Source of the DNA: Candidatus Saccharimonadota bacterium
Lineage (GTDB): Archaea; Micrarchaeota; Micrarchaeia; Micrarchaeales; Micrarchaeaceae
Direction of reading: 5' to 3'
Assembly: GCA_963705375.1 (NCBI GenBank)
Contig: OY970071.1
Location: 540,001 to 572,000 of the forward strand
DNA length: 32,000 nt
Each line of letters opens with the position of its first letter. Within the stretch, counting starts at the first letter, position 1. The notes beneath the pieces are model-generated. The model worked only from the letters and a program-made list of their open reading frames with translations, was not told the origin of the DNA and made no database searches. Positions 23,976 to 32,000 of the stretch are shown here, one piece after another. Both the position numbers and the translations under genes were made by a program.

Positions 23976-24801
23976 TATGACATTCAGCATAAACCTAATC
24001 TCGGATCTTCAGCTCATCTTTCAATACCAGTTCATGCAGCATGCGTTCGAGGCAGGCACCGTTGTTGCAATCGTAGCAGGGATAATAGGCTACCTTGTGG
24101 TCTTGCGCAAGTCATCATTCGCAGCGCACTCCCTTGCAGACATCGGTTTTGCCGGAGCGGCAGGAGCTGTGCTTCTTGGAATAAATCCTGTTTTCGGCCT
24201 ATTATTGTTTACCACAGTGAGCGGTGTTGGAATAGCAGTGCTAGGCAGGAACGCTGTGCACCGCGATGTGGAAATAGGATCAGTCCTCGCATTCACTTTG
24301 GGCTTGGGCGTTCTGTTCATAAGCCTTTATACGGGATATGCGACAGAGGCATACTCCATCCTGTTCGGGGAAATACTGGGCATCAGCAGCATTAATGTGG
24401 CAATAACGCTTGTTGCAAGCCTGGCCATTCTTGCCGTGAGCACTCTTGTATACAGGCCGATCCTGTTCGCTTCATTAGATGAGGATGTCGCAGAAGCAAA
24501 AGGCATGAAAACGCTTGCACTTGGGGTCATTTTCATGCTACTGCTAGCCGTTGCAGTGTCTATCGCAGTCCAGGTTGTTGGCGTTCTCCTCATTTTTGCA
24601 TTGATGGTCACACCGGCAGCAACAGCCATCAGGTTGACGAAGAAACCACTGTACGCCATAACGATTTCCATACTTATCGCCTTGTTAGCGACATGGTCTG
24701 GCCTCTTCATTTCATTCTATGAGCCATACCCTGTGAGCTTCTTCATAACAAGCATAGTTTTTGTGCTTTATTTGATCGTGAGAGTATTTTGCCCGAAATG
24801 A
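23962..24801 (+). CDS. Metal ABC transporter permease (ZnuB/ABC-3 family)
   Basis: 279-aa polytopic protein. It overlaps the ATPase gene by 14 nt and has the typical ABC-3 hydrophobic profile and EILGIS region. Confidence 0.85.
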   Translation: MGMNDMTFSINLISDLQLIFQYQFMQHAFEAGTVVAIVAGIIGYLVVLRKSSFAAHSLADIGFAGAAGAVLLGINPVFGLLLFTTVSGVGIAVLGRNAVHRDVEIGSVLAFTLGLGVLFISLYTGYATEAYSILFGEILGISSINVAITLVASLAILAVSTLVYRPILFASLDEDVAEAKGMKTLALGVIFMLLLAVAVSIAVQVVGVLLIFALMVTPAATAIRLTKKPLYAITISILIALLATWSGLFISFYEPYPVSFFITSIVFVLYLIVRVFCPK

Positions 24802-24853
24802 TGCCGAAATGAATTAACATATCCAGAAAGAGCGTGCTCTGAGTTTTTGATTG

Positions 24854-25924
24854 TTATGGGGAAATGAGCGCCATCATCACAGAATAAAGCTTGTTCAGGT
24901 CTGCGACGGTTATCTTTTCTTTGTTTGTGTGCGGATTCATCACGGAATTGCCCAGGTTAATGCATTCAAGGCCTTTGTCCACGAAAACGTTCGCGTCGCT
25001 GCAACCCCACGAGGTAGTTATGTTTGTCTTTATCCCGCTCTTTTCAAGCTTTTTAGAAGCATACTCGACCAACTTCCAACCCTTATCTCCAGGATGGTAA
25101 TCATAACCACCATTCTCCCTAACGAAATTCGTTTTGTACTCGATTCCTCTTTCGGATTTCTGCTTAAGCAATGCAGAATCGATGGCATCTTTGTATCTGC
25201 GAATGCTTTCCTCTTTCAGAGACCTCACTTCGCCCTTTGCAAGAACCTTACCAGGTATTGTATTCCTCACGCCCCCGCACGTCACAATCCCTATGTTGGC
25301 TCTTGTGTCTTTTGACACTGCACCGAGGCGGATGTCTTTTACAAACGACGCGAACGCTATCAGAGCATTGTTTGCGAGCTCTGGAGTCGACGCATGAGAT
25401 TCCTTTCCTATGATCTCGATATCGAAGCTCTCGTAGATGGGAGAGCTTGATATTATCGTGCCTATAGTGCAGTTCACCGTATCAAAACAGAATCCACGCT
25501 TTGCTTTCAGCCTTTTGTAATCAAAATTCGCAGCACCGTAGCTCCCAGTCTCTTCGAATCTTGTTATGAGTAGCTCTACTGGAGCGTGCCGAGCGGCCTT
25601 ACTGGCAGACTTCATCATTTCTAGCATAGGAGCAAGCGCTGCTTTGTCATCGGCACCCAATATAGTGTTACCCTTTGGAATCAATGTGCCGTCTTTTATG
25701 ATAGGATCTATCCCTCTGCCAGGCTCAACCGTGTCCATGTGTGCGGACATGAAGATGGATTCGCCTGTTCCTTCAATGCAGGCATAAACATTGCCGAATT
25801 TGTCCTTTTCGACTTTTGAATAGGGCTTTAGCCCTGAAACTACAAAATCAGCCACCTTTTCCTCTTCGCCAGAAGGAGAATCTATCCTCACAAGATCAAT
25901 GAATGTCTTTACAACGGCATCCAT
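24854..25924 (-). CDS. M20-family metallopeptidase (PepT/tripeptidase-like)
   Basis: It has IDSPSGEE, SAHMDTV and GADDKAAL metal-ligand blocks. The ATG directly abuts the TGA of the upstream gene. Confidence 0.8.
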   Translation of the reverse strand: MDAVVKTFIDLVRIDSPSGEEEKVADFVVSGLKPYSKVEKDKFGNVYACIEGTGESIFMSAHMDTVEPGRGIDPIIKDGTLIPKGNTILGADDKAALAPMLEMMKSASKAARHAPVELLITRFEETGSYGAANFDYKRLKAKRGFCFDTVNCTIGTIISSSPIYESFDIEIIGKESHASTPELANNALIAFASFVKDIRLGAVSKDTRANIGIVTCGGVRNTIPGKVLAKGEVRSLKEESIRRYKDAIDSALLKQKSERGIEYKTNFVRENGGYDYHPGDKGWKLVEYASKKLEKSGIKTNITTSWGCSDANVFVDKGLECINLGNSVMNPHTNKEKITVADLNKLYSVMMALISP

Positions 25925-26764
25925 TCAAGCACGTATTGGAATTGGTGGATAGTAGTTATTATCTATGAGAAGCTTTACAAAGGCTTCCGGCGACCCTCCC
26001 ACCAACTTGCCTAGACCGTTATTTACGGATTCTGCAAGGATAGGATTCAAAACGAACATCACGCATTGACATATTGCCTCGCCTTGCACGGGGACAATGC
26101 GGCCGTTGAATGCTTCCAAAACTTCCGCATTGTCTATCCGTACGTTGCAAGGCTCACCATACTGGAATCCCATCCCTCCACCCCTCCCAGGCGTGCAAAC
26201 GCAAGTCAATGGCGCCAAAAATGGATACGCTAGATGATTGACAAACTCAATTTTCAGATTCAGATGATCCGAAATATGGGAAACCGCCTTTACAAAATAT
26301 AGACTTTTTGTAGTGCCCACGCCAACAATCGAATTTTCAGCATGATTCTGCAATTCAGTATGATGAGTCCAGAGCAGACTGTCCAGCATCTTCTCAGAGC
26401 AGCGATTTTGCCTGAATTGAGGCGCCACTATTGCGCTTCCGAGCTCAATCACTTCTGGAAAATTCGGCTTCAAACCCAATTTCTTTTTCATATTTGAGTC
26501 AAGCAGACGTGTGAAACTTAGGTGCCCTGCGGTTTGGCCATCCACTCCGAGAACAACAGAATCACCCTGATTAAAACGCGTCTCGAGCATTTTGCTTGTA
26601 ACAGGAAGCAAAACATGATCTTTGTCAGCCTCTTTTCTTATTAATTTAGTTATTTCGCCAAAGTCTGGAAAGAATGATGCGGATCCGCGTGTAGAAAAGT
26701 GAACTACCTCTACAGTATGATGTCCTTCTGAAAGATCGACATGTGCTGGCTGATTCTTGGGCAT
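25925..26764 (-). CDS. Hypothetical protein, possibly GNAT-like
   Basis: 279-aa ORF translationally coupled to the M20 peptidase gene. ELGSAIVAPQFRQNRCSEKMLDSLL weakly resembles GNAT motif A. The assignment is tentative. Confidence 0.45.
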   Translation of the reverse strand: MPKNQPAHVDLSEGHHTVEVVHFSTRGSASFFPDFGEITKLIRKEADKDHVLLPVTSKMLETRFNQGDSVVLGVDGQTAGHLSFTRLLDSNMKKKLGLKPNFPEVIELGSAIVAPQFRQNRCSEKMLDSLLWTHHTELQNHAENSIVGVGTTKSLYFVKAVSHISDHLNLKIEFVNHLAYPFLAPLTCVCTPGRGGGMGFQYGEPCNVRIDNAEVLEAFNGRIVPVQGEAICQCVMFVLNPILAESVNNGLGKLVGGSPEAFVKLLIDNNYYPPIPIRA

Positions 26765-26845
26765 TGCTAAGTCGCCTTATTACGATTAATATAGTTGTTG
26801 GCGACTCCCTATTTAAATATTCGTATTTATATTACGAATATCGTA

Positions 26846-27241
26846 CTACTTGAGAACCATGCTCGTGTTGGTGTCCATCACACCCTCGACAGCACGTATC
26901 TTCTCTATCGCCGCGTTTATTTCCCAGACGCTAGAGCTCTTGACCAAGCAGGCTATGTCGTAGTTGCCGGATATCTCGTAGGTCATGTCCACGCCGAGCT
27001 TTCTTATCCTGTCGGCTACCTTCGTGGTCGAAACCGAATGAGACGTCGCGACGAGGACCAGAGCACCAACTTCAGTCTGTAAATCTATGGTGAACCTCTT
27101 TATGACCTTATCCTTCAAGAGTTTCTTCACGCGCGCCCTTATTGCACCTTCTGTCATGCCTGCTTCGCGTGCAATCTTAAGGAAAGGCGTCCTGCTGTTG
27201 GCGGAAAGCTCAGCGATGATCTTCTCATCGAGCTTGTCCAT
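26846..27241 (-). CDS. Lrp/AsnC family transcriptional regulator
   Basis: The N-terminal HTH is LDEKIIAELSANSRTPFLKIAREAGMTEGAIRARVKKL, followed by a RAM-like C-terminal domain. Confidence 0.9.
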   Translation of the reverse strand: MDKLDEKIIAELSANSRTPFLKIAREAGMTEGAIRARVKKLLKDKVIKRFTIDLQTEVGALVLVATSHSVSTTKVADRIRKLGVDMTYEISGNYDIACLVKSSSVWEINAAIEKIRAVEGVMDTNTSMVLK

Positions 27242-27364
27242 GATATACCACTACTCTACGTCCTTTTAAGACTTACCTTATCGATCAGAATTTGCATAGG
27301 ACTTGGAAAGTTCGCAATTGACATTTCAACAAACATTAGCAACAAGCTGAGCTAAAAGGCAGAT

Positions 27365-28210
27365 ATGAATATCTGGAACTGTGCTCGTTGGTACGATAAG
27401 ATGGATCGACACAAAAAGGCCGACGACTCACAAGACAGGAATCTCGATGGTTTGATTAGGAGCTTGAACACTAACGAATTTCGAAAGGGTACGCTAGAGA
27501 AGCTTAACAAGACGTTAGATGATACAGACTTGGGAAGAGACGACCTTGAAAAAATTATAAATGTACTGAACACCACCAATTATTTGACGAATTATTTGCG
27601 ATGGATAGATAATATTGAAATCAGACAAAGAGATGGCAGCGATAGCCTTGCAGATGCAACGAATGACACTACAGAGATTAAAGATCTTTTGCTTAAGGCG
27701 CTGCAACTCAAGGACCTTTGCGAGGCAGTACTTGTAGATCCACTCTTCAAAAAACTAGATAATTTGGAGAAAGATATGGAAAGAGATCCATCTATCGATT
27801 TCGTAACTAAATTCTGCGAGCTTCTGAAGTCAGGAGCACTTTCTCTTAATTTTGACGACACCCAGAATTCGGCAGAAGTCCCGAAGGAAAGTGAAAACGA
27901 AGAGCTTTCAAAAAAAGTTAAAGATGTCGAGCAAAAAATCAGCGAAATGGCCAGCATCATGGAAGAGGCAGTGGAACTTAAGAAACGCAACGGGACAGAT
28001 GAAGAGCCAAAGGATCACACAGAGATTCTTGAGAAAAAAGAAAAGCTCGATGGCAAGATTCGAGAGATAGCGGATGAGGCGATAGAGATTGGTGGTGAAA
28101 TCAAAAAAGCAGATACGACAGGCACCCGCACAGCATCAAGGGTCCCCCGTATATCAGAGGATATCAGACCTGTTGGACTGCGCCGCCAACAAGAAGATTC
28201 CAAGAAGTAA
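27365..28210 (+). CDS. Hypothetical acidic, Lys/Glu/Asp-rich (probably coiled-coil) protein
   Basis: 281-aa ORF with visibly lower GC than its neighbours. No recognisable motifs. Confidence 0.45.
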   Translation: MNIWNCARWYDKMDRHKKADDSQDRNLDGLIRSLNTNEFRKGTLEKLNKTLDDTDLGRDDLEKIINVLNTTNYLTNYLRWIDNIEIRQRDGSDSLADATNDTTEIKDLLLKALQLKDLCEAVLVDPLFKKLDNLEKDMERDPSIDFVTKFCELLKSGALSLNFDDTQNSAEVPKESENEELSKKVKDVEQKISEMASIMEEAVELKKRNGTDEEPKDHTEILEKKEKLDGKIREIADEAIEIGGEIKKADTTGTRTASRVPRISEDIRPVGLRRQQEDSKK

Positions 28211-28238
28211 TGGCTGGAACGACCTTTAAGCAAATTTT

Positions 28239-28312
28239 CGGGCCCGGTGGGATTTGGACCCACGACCTACGGATTAAAAGTCCGCCACTCTGCCATGCTG
28301 AGTTACGGGCCC
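28239..28312 (-). tRNA. tRNA-Lys(UUU), no intron, CCA not encoded
   Basis: It folds as a 74-nt cloverleaf:
- Acceptor stem: GGGCCCG/CGGGCCC.
- D arm: ACTC...GAGT.
- Anticodon arm: stem GCGGA/TCCGT, loop CTTTTAA.
- T arm: GTGGG-TCCAAAT-CCCAC.
- Discriminator: G. Confidence 0.93.
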
Positions 28313-28433
28313 CGGTAAAGATTCTAACTTTAGTATAATAAGCTTTATTGTTATCCTAGAAATGCGAAAAACCGTTTGTGCAGCAAAGCACGGCACATAT
28401 TTAAGAATATCAGCTTCAGTTATATTTGGTTTA

Positions 28434-28922
28434 ATGAAATGTAAAAATTTGTGTTTTGCAGCTATATTTGTAATAGTGTGCGAGGCTGTCGGAGTACTGG
28501 GATCTGTCGTGACAGTGGGTTCGATCACGAAGTGGTACAATCTGCTAAACAAACCCTCATTCGCACCGCCAAACTGGGTCTTTGCTCCTGCATGGCTGAT
28601 ACTGTACGCCCTGATGGGCGTGGCTGCCTATTTTGTTTGGGAGGAACGCAAGAAAAAAATGAGCGCAAAATACGTCAAACAGTCGTTGAACCTGTTCAGC
28701 CTTCAGCTAGCCCTCAATTTTCTATGGTCTTTTCTTTTCTTCGGAATGCGGTCGGCACGGTATGGGCTGATAGAAATCTTTGCCATGTGGCTTGTGATTA
28801 TAGCGACAACCATAGAGTTTTACAAAGTTTCAAAACGCGCGGCCGCATTGATGGTACCATACATAATATGGGTCACGTTCGCCATGATGCTGAACCTCTT
28901 CGTATGGATACTCAATAAATAG
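28434..28922 (+). CDS. tspO: TspO/MBR family tryptophan-rich sensory protein
   Basis: WYNLLNKPSFAPPNWVFAPAWLILY, LALNFLWSFLFF and VPYIIWVTFA are present. The internal ATG at 28434 gives the typical length of about 160 aa. Confidence 0.85.
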   Translation: MKCKNLCFAAIFVIVCEAVGVLGSVVTVGSITKWYNLLNKPSFAPPNWVFAPAWLILYALMGVAAYFVWEERKKKMSAKYVKQSLNLFSLQLALNFLWSFLFFGMRSARYGLIEIFAMWLVIIATTIEFYKVSKRAAALMVPYIIWVTFAMMLNLFVWILNK

Positions 28923-28943
28923 GAATCGAAGAAAAGCAGGCGT

Positions 28944-29720
28944 TCACTTGCTCTGTATCCTACTGAATGCGATATCAGCAATAGCTATGAAAAATACCGC
29001 AATTGCAAGAACAGCCGCGAAGTCTAGGTAGACGGGAGTATTGTGAAGGCCCACCAATGCGCCCCGCATTCCATCCACACCGTACAGCATCGGATCTATC
29101 GCCGCTAGAACCTTCATCCACAAAGGCGCGTTGGACAACGGGAAGAGTGCGCCGGATAGGAAGAACACGGGCAGTACAAGGAAGTTGATCACGACATTGT
29201 ACCCTTCTATGCTGCTTATCGTGGATGCTATTATCAGCCCTATAGCAACAAATATTGACGACACAATTATCATGAAAAGGGCCGCAACCATCAAGCCTGT
29301 TAGGCTCAGATCCTTTAAGGGGATCACACCTGCAAGTACAATTATCGCAAGCACCACGAGCGCAGACAGCAGCGACACTGTCGTGCTGCCGGCTATCTTG
29401 CCCAGTACGATGCCCACTCTAGGCACTGGTGTGACAAGTATTTCCTTGAGGAAACCGAACTGCTTATCCCACAAGACGTTGACTCCGGAAAATATTGACG
29501 AAAATAGTATCGTCATGCATATTATGCCGGGCGCCATGAAAGTTATGTAGGGAATGCTCTGGCCTGATGCAAAAGTAAACGCAGAACCGAATCCGACACC
29601 TATTATCGCGAGCCATATGAGAGGTTGGCCTCCAGAGCCCACTACTCTGGATCTCGATTTTATGAACCTCAGAATCTCCCTGAGCCACAGGGTGTATATC
29701 GTTTCAAATACGTTTGCCAT
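28944..29720 (-). CDS. ABC-2 type transporter permease
   Basis: 258-aa protein with six predicted TM helices. Its ATG lies 1 nt downstream of the ATPase stop. Confidence 0.85.
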   Translation of the reverse strand: MANVFETIYTLWLREILRFIKSRSRVVGSGGQPLIWLAIIGVGFGSAFTFASGQSIPYITFMAPGIICMTILFSSIFSGVNVLWDKQFGFLKEILVTPVPRVGIVLGKIAGSTTVSLLSALVVLAIIVLAGVIPLKDLSLTGLMVAALFMIIVSSIFVAIGLIIASTISSIEGYNVVINFLVLPVFFLSGALFPLSNAPLWMKVLAAIDPMLYGVDGMRGALVGLHNTPVYLDFAAVLAIAVFFIAIADIAFSRIQSK

Positions 29721-29721
29721 G

Positions 29722-30723
29722 TCATCTCCTGCTGGCGAAGGAGCCCTTGAGCTGATCCGTATTGCTCGCGGTTTCTTCGCGTATCTCTTTGCCTGTCAGG
29801 TTTATGAAAACATCCTCAAGCGTGGGCCTACTAAGTGTCGTGTATTCTATGTCAATGCCTGCGTCTTTGGCCAGCGAGATTATCTTGGGTATCGCCTTGC
29901 TGCCGTTCTTCGTGGTTATCTCCAAACCGTTAACGTATTCCTTTATTGAACCAAACAGCTTGCTCTTTTTTAGAAGCGCCATCAGCTTCTTTGGATTCGA
30001 GGCACCCACTTTTATCACATCGCCGCCAAGTGAATCCTTCAGCCTTTCTGCAGTGTCGAGCCTTATGATCTTTCCGTGATCTATTATGGCAATCCTGTTG
30101 CAGATAGCATCAGCCTCTTCCATGTAATGTGTAGTCAGGAGTATGGTTACCTTCTCTTTTTTGTTCAGCTTGACTATGTAGTCCCATATTTTGCGCCTTG
30201 TCTGAGGGTCCAACCCTATGGTGGGCTCATCAAGGAACAGCACGCGAGGGTTGTGCACAAAGCCCCTGGCTATCTCAAGCCGTCGCTTCATGCCGCCAGA
30301 GTAAGTCTTGACCTGTTTGTTGGCCTTGCTCTCGAGCTCGACGAGCCTGAGCACTCGGTCTATCGAGTCCTTCTTCTCCTTGCCTTTTATGCCGTACAAT
30401 CTTGCATGGAAGTCGAGATTTTCCCTTCCGGTGAGCTCGTCATCAAGGCTCGGCTCCTGAAAGACGATACCTATCAGCTTTCGCACAGCGTCCTTGTTCC
30501 TGACAACGTCCTTGTCGTACAGACTCGCAGAGCCGGAGGTGAGCTTCATTATCGTGGACAATATGGATATCGTCGTGGTCTTGCCTGCGCCGTTGGGGCC
30601 CAGCAAGCCGAATATTTCGCCTTCATTGACTTCGAAAGAGATGCCGTCTACTGCGGTAAAGTTCCCGAATTTCTTAACAAGGTTCCTTACAGAGATTGAT
30701 ACTATACTCTTTTGACCGTTCAC
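29722..30723 (-). CDS. ABC transporter ATP-binding protein (DrrA/ABC-2 exporter type)
   Basis: Walker A GPNGAGKTTT, signature YSGGMKRRLEIA, Walker B LFLDEPTIGLD. The GTG at 30723 is preferred because GGTGA lies 4 nt upstream and it removes the 35-nt overlap created by the TTG at 30777. Confidence 0.9.
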   Translation of the reverse strand: MNGQKSIVSISVRNLVKKFGNFTAVDGISFEVNEGEIFGLLGPNGAGKTTTISILSTIMKLTSGSASLYDKDVVRNKDAVRKLIGIVFQEPSLDDELTGRENLDFHARLYGIKGKEKKDSIDRVLRLVELESKANKQVKTYSGGMKRRLEIARGFVHNPRVLFLDEPTIGLDPQTRRKIWDYIVKLNKKEKVTILLTTHYMEEADAICNRIAIIDHGKIIRLDTAERLKDSLGGDVIKVGASNPKKLMALLKKSKLFGSIKEYVNGLEITTKNGSKAIPKIISLAKDAGIDIEYTTLSRPTLEDVFINLTGKEIREETASNTDQLKGSFASRR

Positions 30724-30727
30724 GCTT

Positions 30728-30732
30728 TCACC
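30728..30732 (-). promoter_or_regulatory. Shine-Dalgarno-like site for the ABC ATPase gene
   Basis: The minus strand reads GGTGA-AAGC-GTG. Confidence 0.4.
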
Positions 30733-30742
30733 AGCATGCGCA

Positions 30743-31432
30743 TCATCTTTCCCTGAAGAAGGGGAATGGCTCGGCAAGGTTCATCACTCGCAAGTATATC
30801 ATTGCCTTTTCGGTGGTGCTGCGGCAGAACTCCACAGAGTCGTTAAGGTAATTGTAGCGCAGATATCCGAACCGTTCTTTTGAATCAGAGGCAGTGTATG
30901 CGAAGGTCCTGGTGGCCCCGTCCCTGAAAAGCGCGAATGTACCAATGATGTGCTTGTCCTTGTAGAAGAACGAGTACATCCGAATTGACTCGGTCCTTCC
31001 TGAAGTGTCGCTCACGATAGACTTAACAAGCGATGCAAGGTCCTTCACCTGGACAGTAGCTACTTCATCACCAAGCTTGTTTTTTATCGTGTACAGGCTG
31101 TGTGAGATCTCGACCACAGGTATCTTGTACTTCCTGTAGTCTTCAGGGGACAGCGGCACTGAATCCTTGAACGCACAATCCTCATCTTCTGCGCTCGGGT
31201 TGTACACTAGCATGTCACCCTTCGAATCTACATCGATACAGTATAGCAATCGTATGCCGTCGAGCTTTTCTCCCAGTGAGAATAGACGGTACTTGCTGCC
31301 CTGCTTTATAGCGTTTATATGGGAAGCGCCACCGCCAAGTGTGCACGTGCTCCTAGCCAGGTCGATGAGCGCGTTCAGCTGCACGTAATAGCCGTATGAA
31401 GGTTGGTGCTTTGCCTTGCGAGTCTTTGCCAT
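30743..31432 (-). CDS. Hypothetical protein (229 aa), unknown function
   Basis: This long ORF is on the same strand as, and immediately upstream of, the ABC-2 exporter genes. No motif recognised. Confidence 0.5.
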   Translation of the reverse strand: MAKTRKAKHQPSYGYYVQLNALIDLARSTCTLGGGASHINAIKQGSKYRLFSLGEKLDGIRLLYCIDVDSKGDMLVYNPSAEDEDCAFKDSVPLSPEDYRKYKIPVVEISHSLYTIKNKLGDEVATVQVKDLASLVKSIVSDTSGRTESIRMYSFFYKDKHIIGTFALFRDGATRTFAYTASDSKERFGYLRYNYLNDSVEFCRSTTEKAMIYLRVMNLAEPFPFFRER

Positions 31433-31449
31433 GCGATCACAGGATAAAC

Positions 31450-32000
31450 TTATGCGGATTGAGCGTGCACGAGCAAACGTACCAGATACATGATGGCATA
31501 CGCAGGCTCATATATGATCGGGAACGCAAGCGCACCCTGGCCGAGTGCCTCATAATCGTTCATTATGCTTGCGCCTATCTTGAGAGATATGCCAGTTTCT
31601 TTGTATATGCGCGGGCTCGATATCGAGCTCACCCTGAGCTTCATATTGTAGACTCCAGGCTCATCCTCATATACGCCATACACGAACTGCTGCTTTGTGC
31701 TGTGCAGGGCTATGACGGTCTGCGTCGAGTTCAGGCCAGGAAGCCCGACAGAGGATATGATGAACGGGCTGTCCGATACGCCGGTGTTGTTTATCTGAAC
31801 ATACACGCTTGCGGATTCACCAGGACCCGCGCTCAACTCTGTAGGATGAACGTAGAGCACGAACACGTCAGGCGTAACGTTGACATACGCCTTAAACTTT
31901 AGGCTTCCTATCTTCGAGTAGTTGCCGATGTTTATCGCAGTCAGGTTGAACATGTAGGTGCCGTTGCTTGCGTCGGGTGCGACGGTTATCTTCGCCGAAA
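31450..32000 (-). CDS. Cell-surface/membrane protein fragment (NEW3/CARDB-like repeat, COG1470-like). The 5' end lies outside the window.
   Basis: The reading frame stays open to the window edge. KITVAPDASNGTYMFNLTA and ELSAGPGESASVYVQINNTG resemble the repeat pattern of such proteins. The C-terminal segment is hydrophobic. Confidence 0.45.
   Translation of the reverse strand, partial: SAKITVAPDASNGTYMFNLTAINIGNYSKIGSLKFKAYVNVTPDVFVLYVHPTELSAGPGESASVYVQINNTGVSDSPFIISSVGLPGLNSTQTVIALHSTKQQFVYGVYEDEPGVYNMKLRVSSISSPRIYKETGISLKIGASIMNDYEALGQGALAFPIIYEPAYAIMYLVRLLVHAQSA

Noticed and set aside
27242-28312. Possible integrated element next to tRNA-Lys (a low-GC acidic ORF adjacent to the tRNA 3' end)
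   Set aside because: I found no second copy of the tRNA 3' segment, no integrase and only one ORF. The evidence for an island is insufficient.
28015-28552. Minus-strand ORFs 28015-28263 and 28274-28552
   Set aside because: They overlap the tRNA-Lys gene and are antisense to the acidic-protein and TspO genes. They have no motifs and are spurious.
1-32000. CRISPR arrays, transposases, integrases and toxin-antitoxin pairs
   Set aside because: I saw no short regularly spaced repeats and no ORFs with recognisable recombinase or TA signatures. The only long direct repeat is the 78-nt pair reported in the findings.

Overview
The window is an archaeal chromosomal segment with mostly housekeeping genes. 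Archaeal origin is supported by an MCM helicase, ribosomal proteins S8e/S13/S4/S11, an archaeal-type 16S rRNA and bulge-helix-bulge (BHB) introns.

Housekeeping content:
- Coding genes: partial gdhA, mcm, metG plus a stand-alone tRNA-binding domain gene, gpmI, eno, an OTCase-like gene, a PurM-like gene, a NikR-like regulator next to a ZnuABC-like metal importer, an M20 peptidase, an Lrp/AsnC regulator, TspO and an ABC-2 exporter.
- RNA genes: one 16S rRNA, tRNA-Lys(UUU) and tRNA-Ser(GGA).

The RNA biology is the most unusual part:
1. The 16S rRNA gene (13334-15331) is interrupted by a 512-nt BHB-type intron. The intron encodes a LAGLIDADG protein in which both catalytic acidic positions read Asn.
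2. The 16S gene is flanked by a near-canonical BHB processing stem and is not followed by a 23S gene.
3. The 16S sequence deviates from near-universal consensus at primer sites and at the decoding centre, and the decoding-centre changes are compensatory.
4. A tRNA-Ser(GGA) that the ORF track misses (21541-21653, minus strand) carries two BHB introns, at 37/38 and in the T-loop at 59/60. Its 3' end lies 10 nt upstream of the S13 start codon.

Other notable observations:
- A visibly AT-rich cassette of about 1.6 kb encodes a membrane-anchored M23 peptidase and a small membrane protein. It is bracketed by 78-nt direct repeats that duplicate the 3' end of a thioredoxin-CcdA fusion gene.
- S4 and the OTCase-like gene encode conserved N-termini upstream of any ATG/GTG/TTG. 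The candidate ATC and CTG starts sit behind the same GGTG-type Shine-Dalgarno geometry seen at other genes here.
- There is a CheD-like putative deamidase.
- A protein ends in a ribosomal-stalk-like GFGSIFGG tail.
- A repeat-containing surface protein is rich in N-glycosylation sequons.

The overall combination resembles small-genome, ARMAN/DPANN-like archaea, but that placement is inference only. No CRISPR array, integrase or transposase was recognised.
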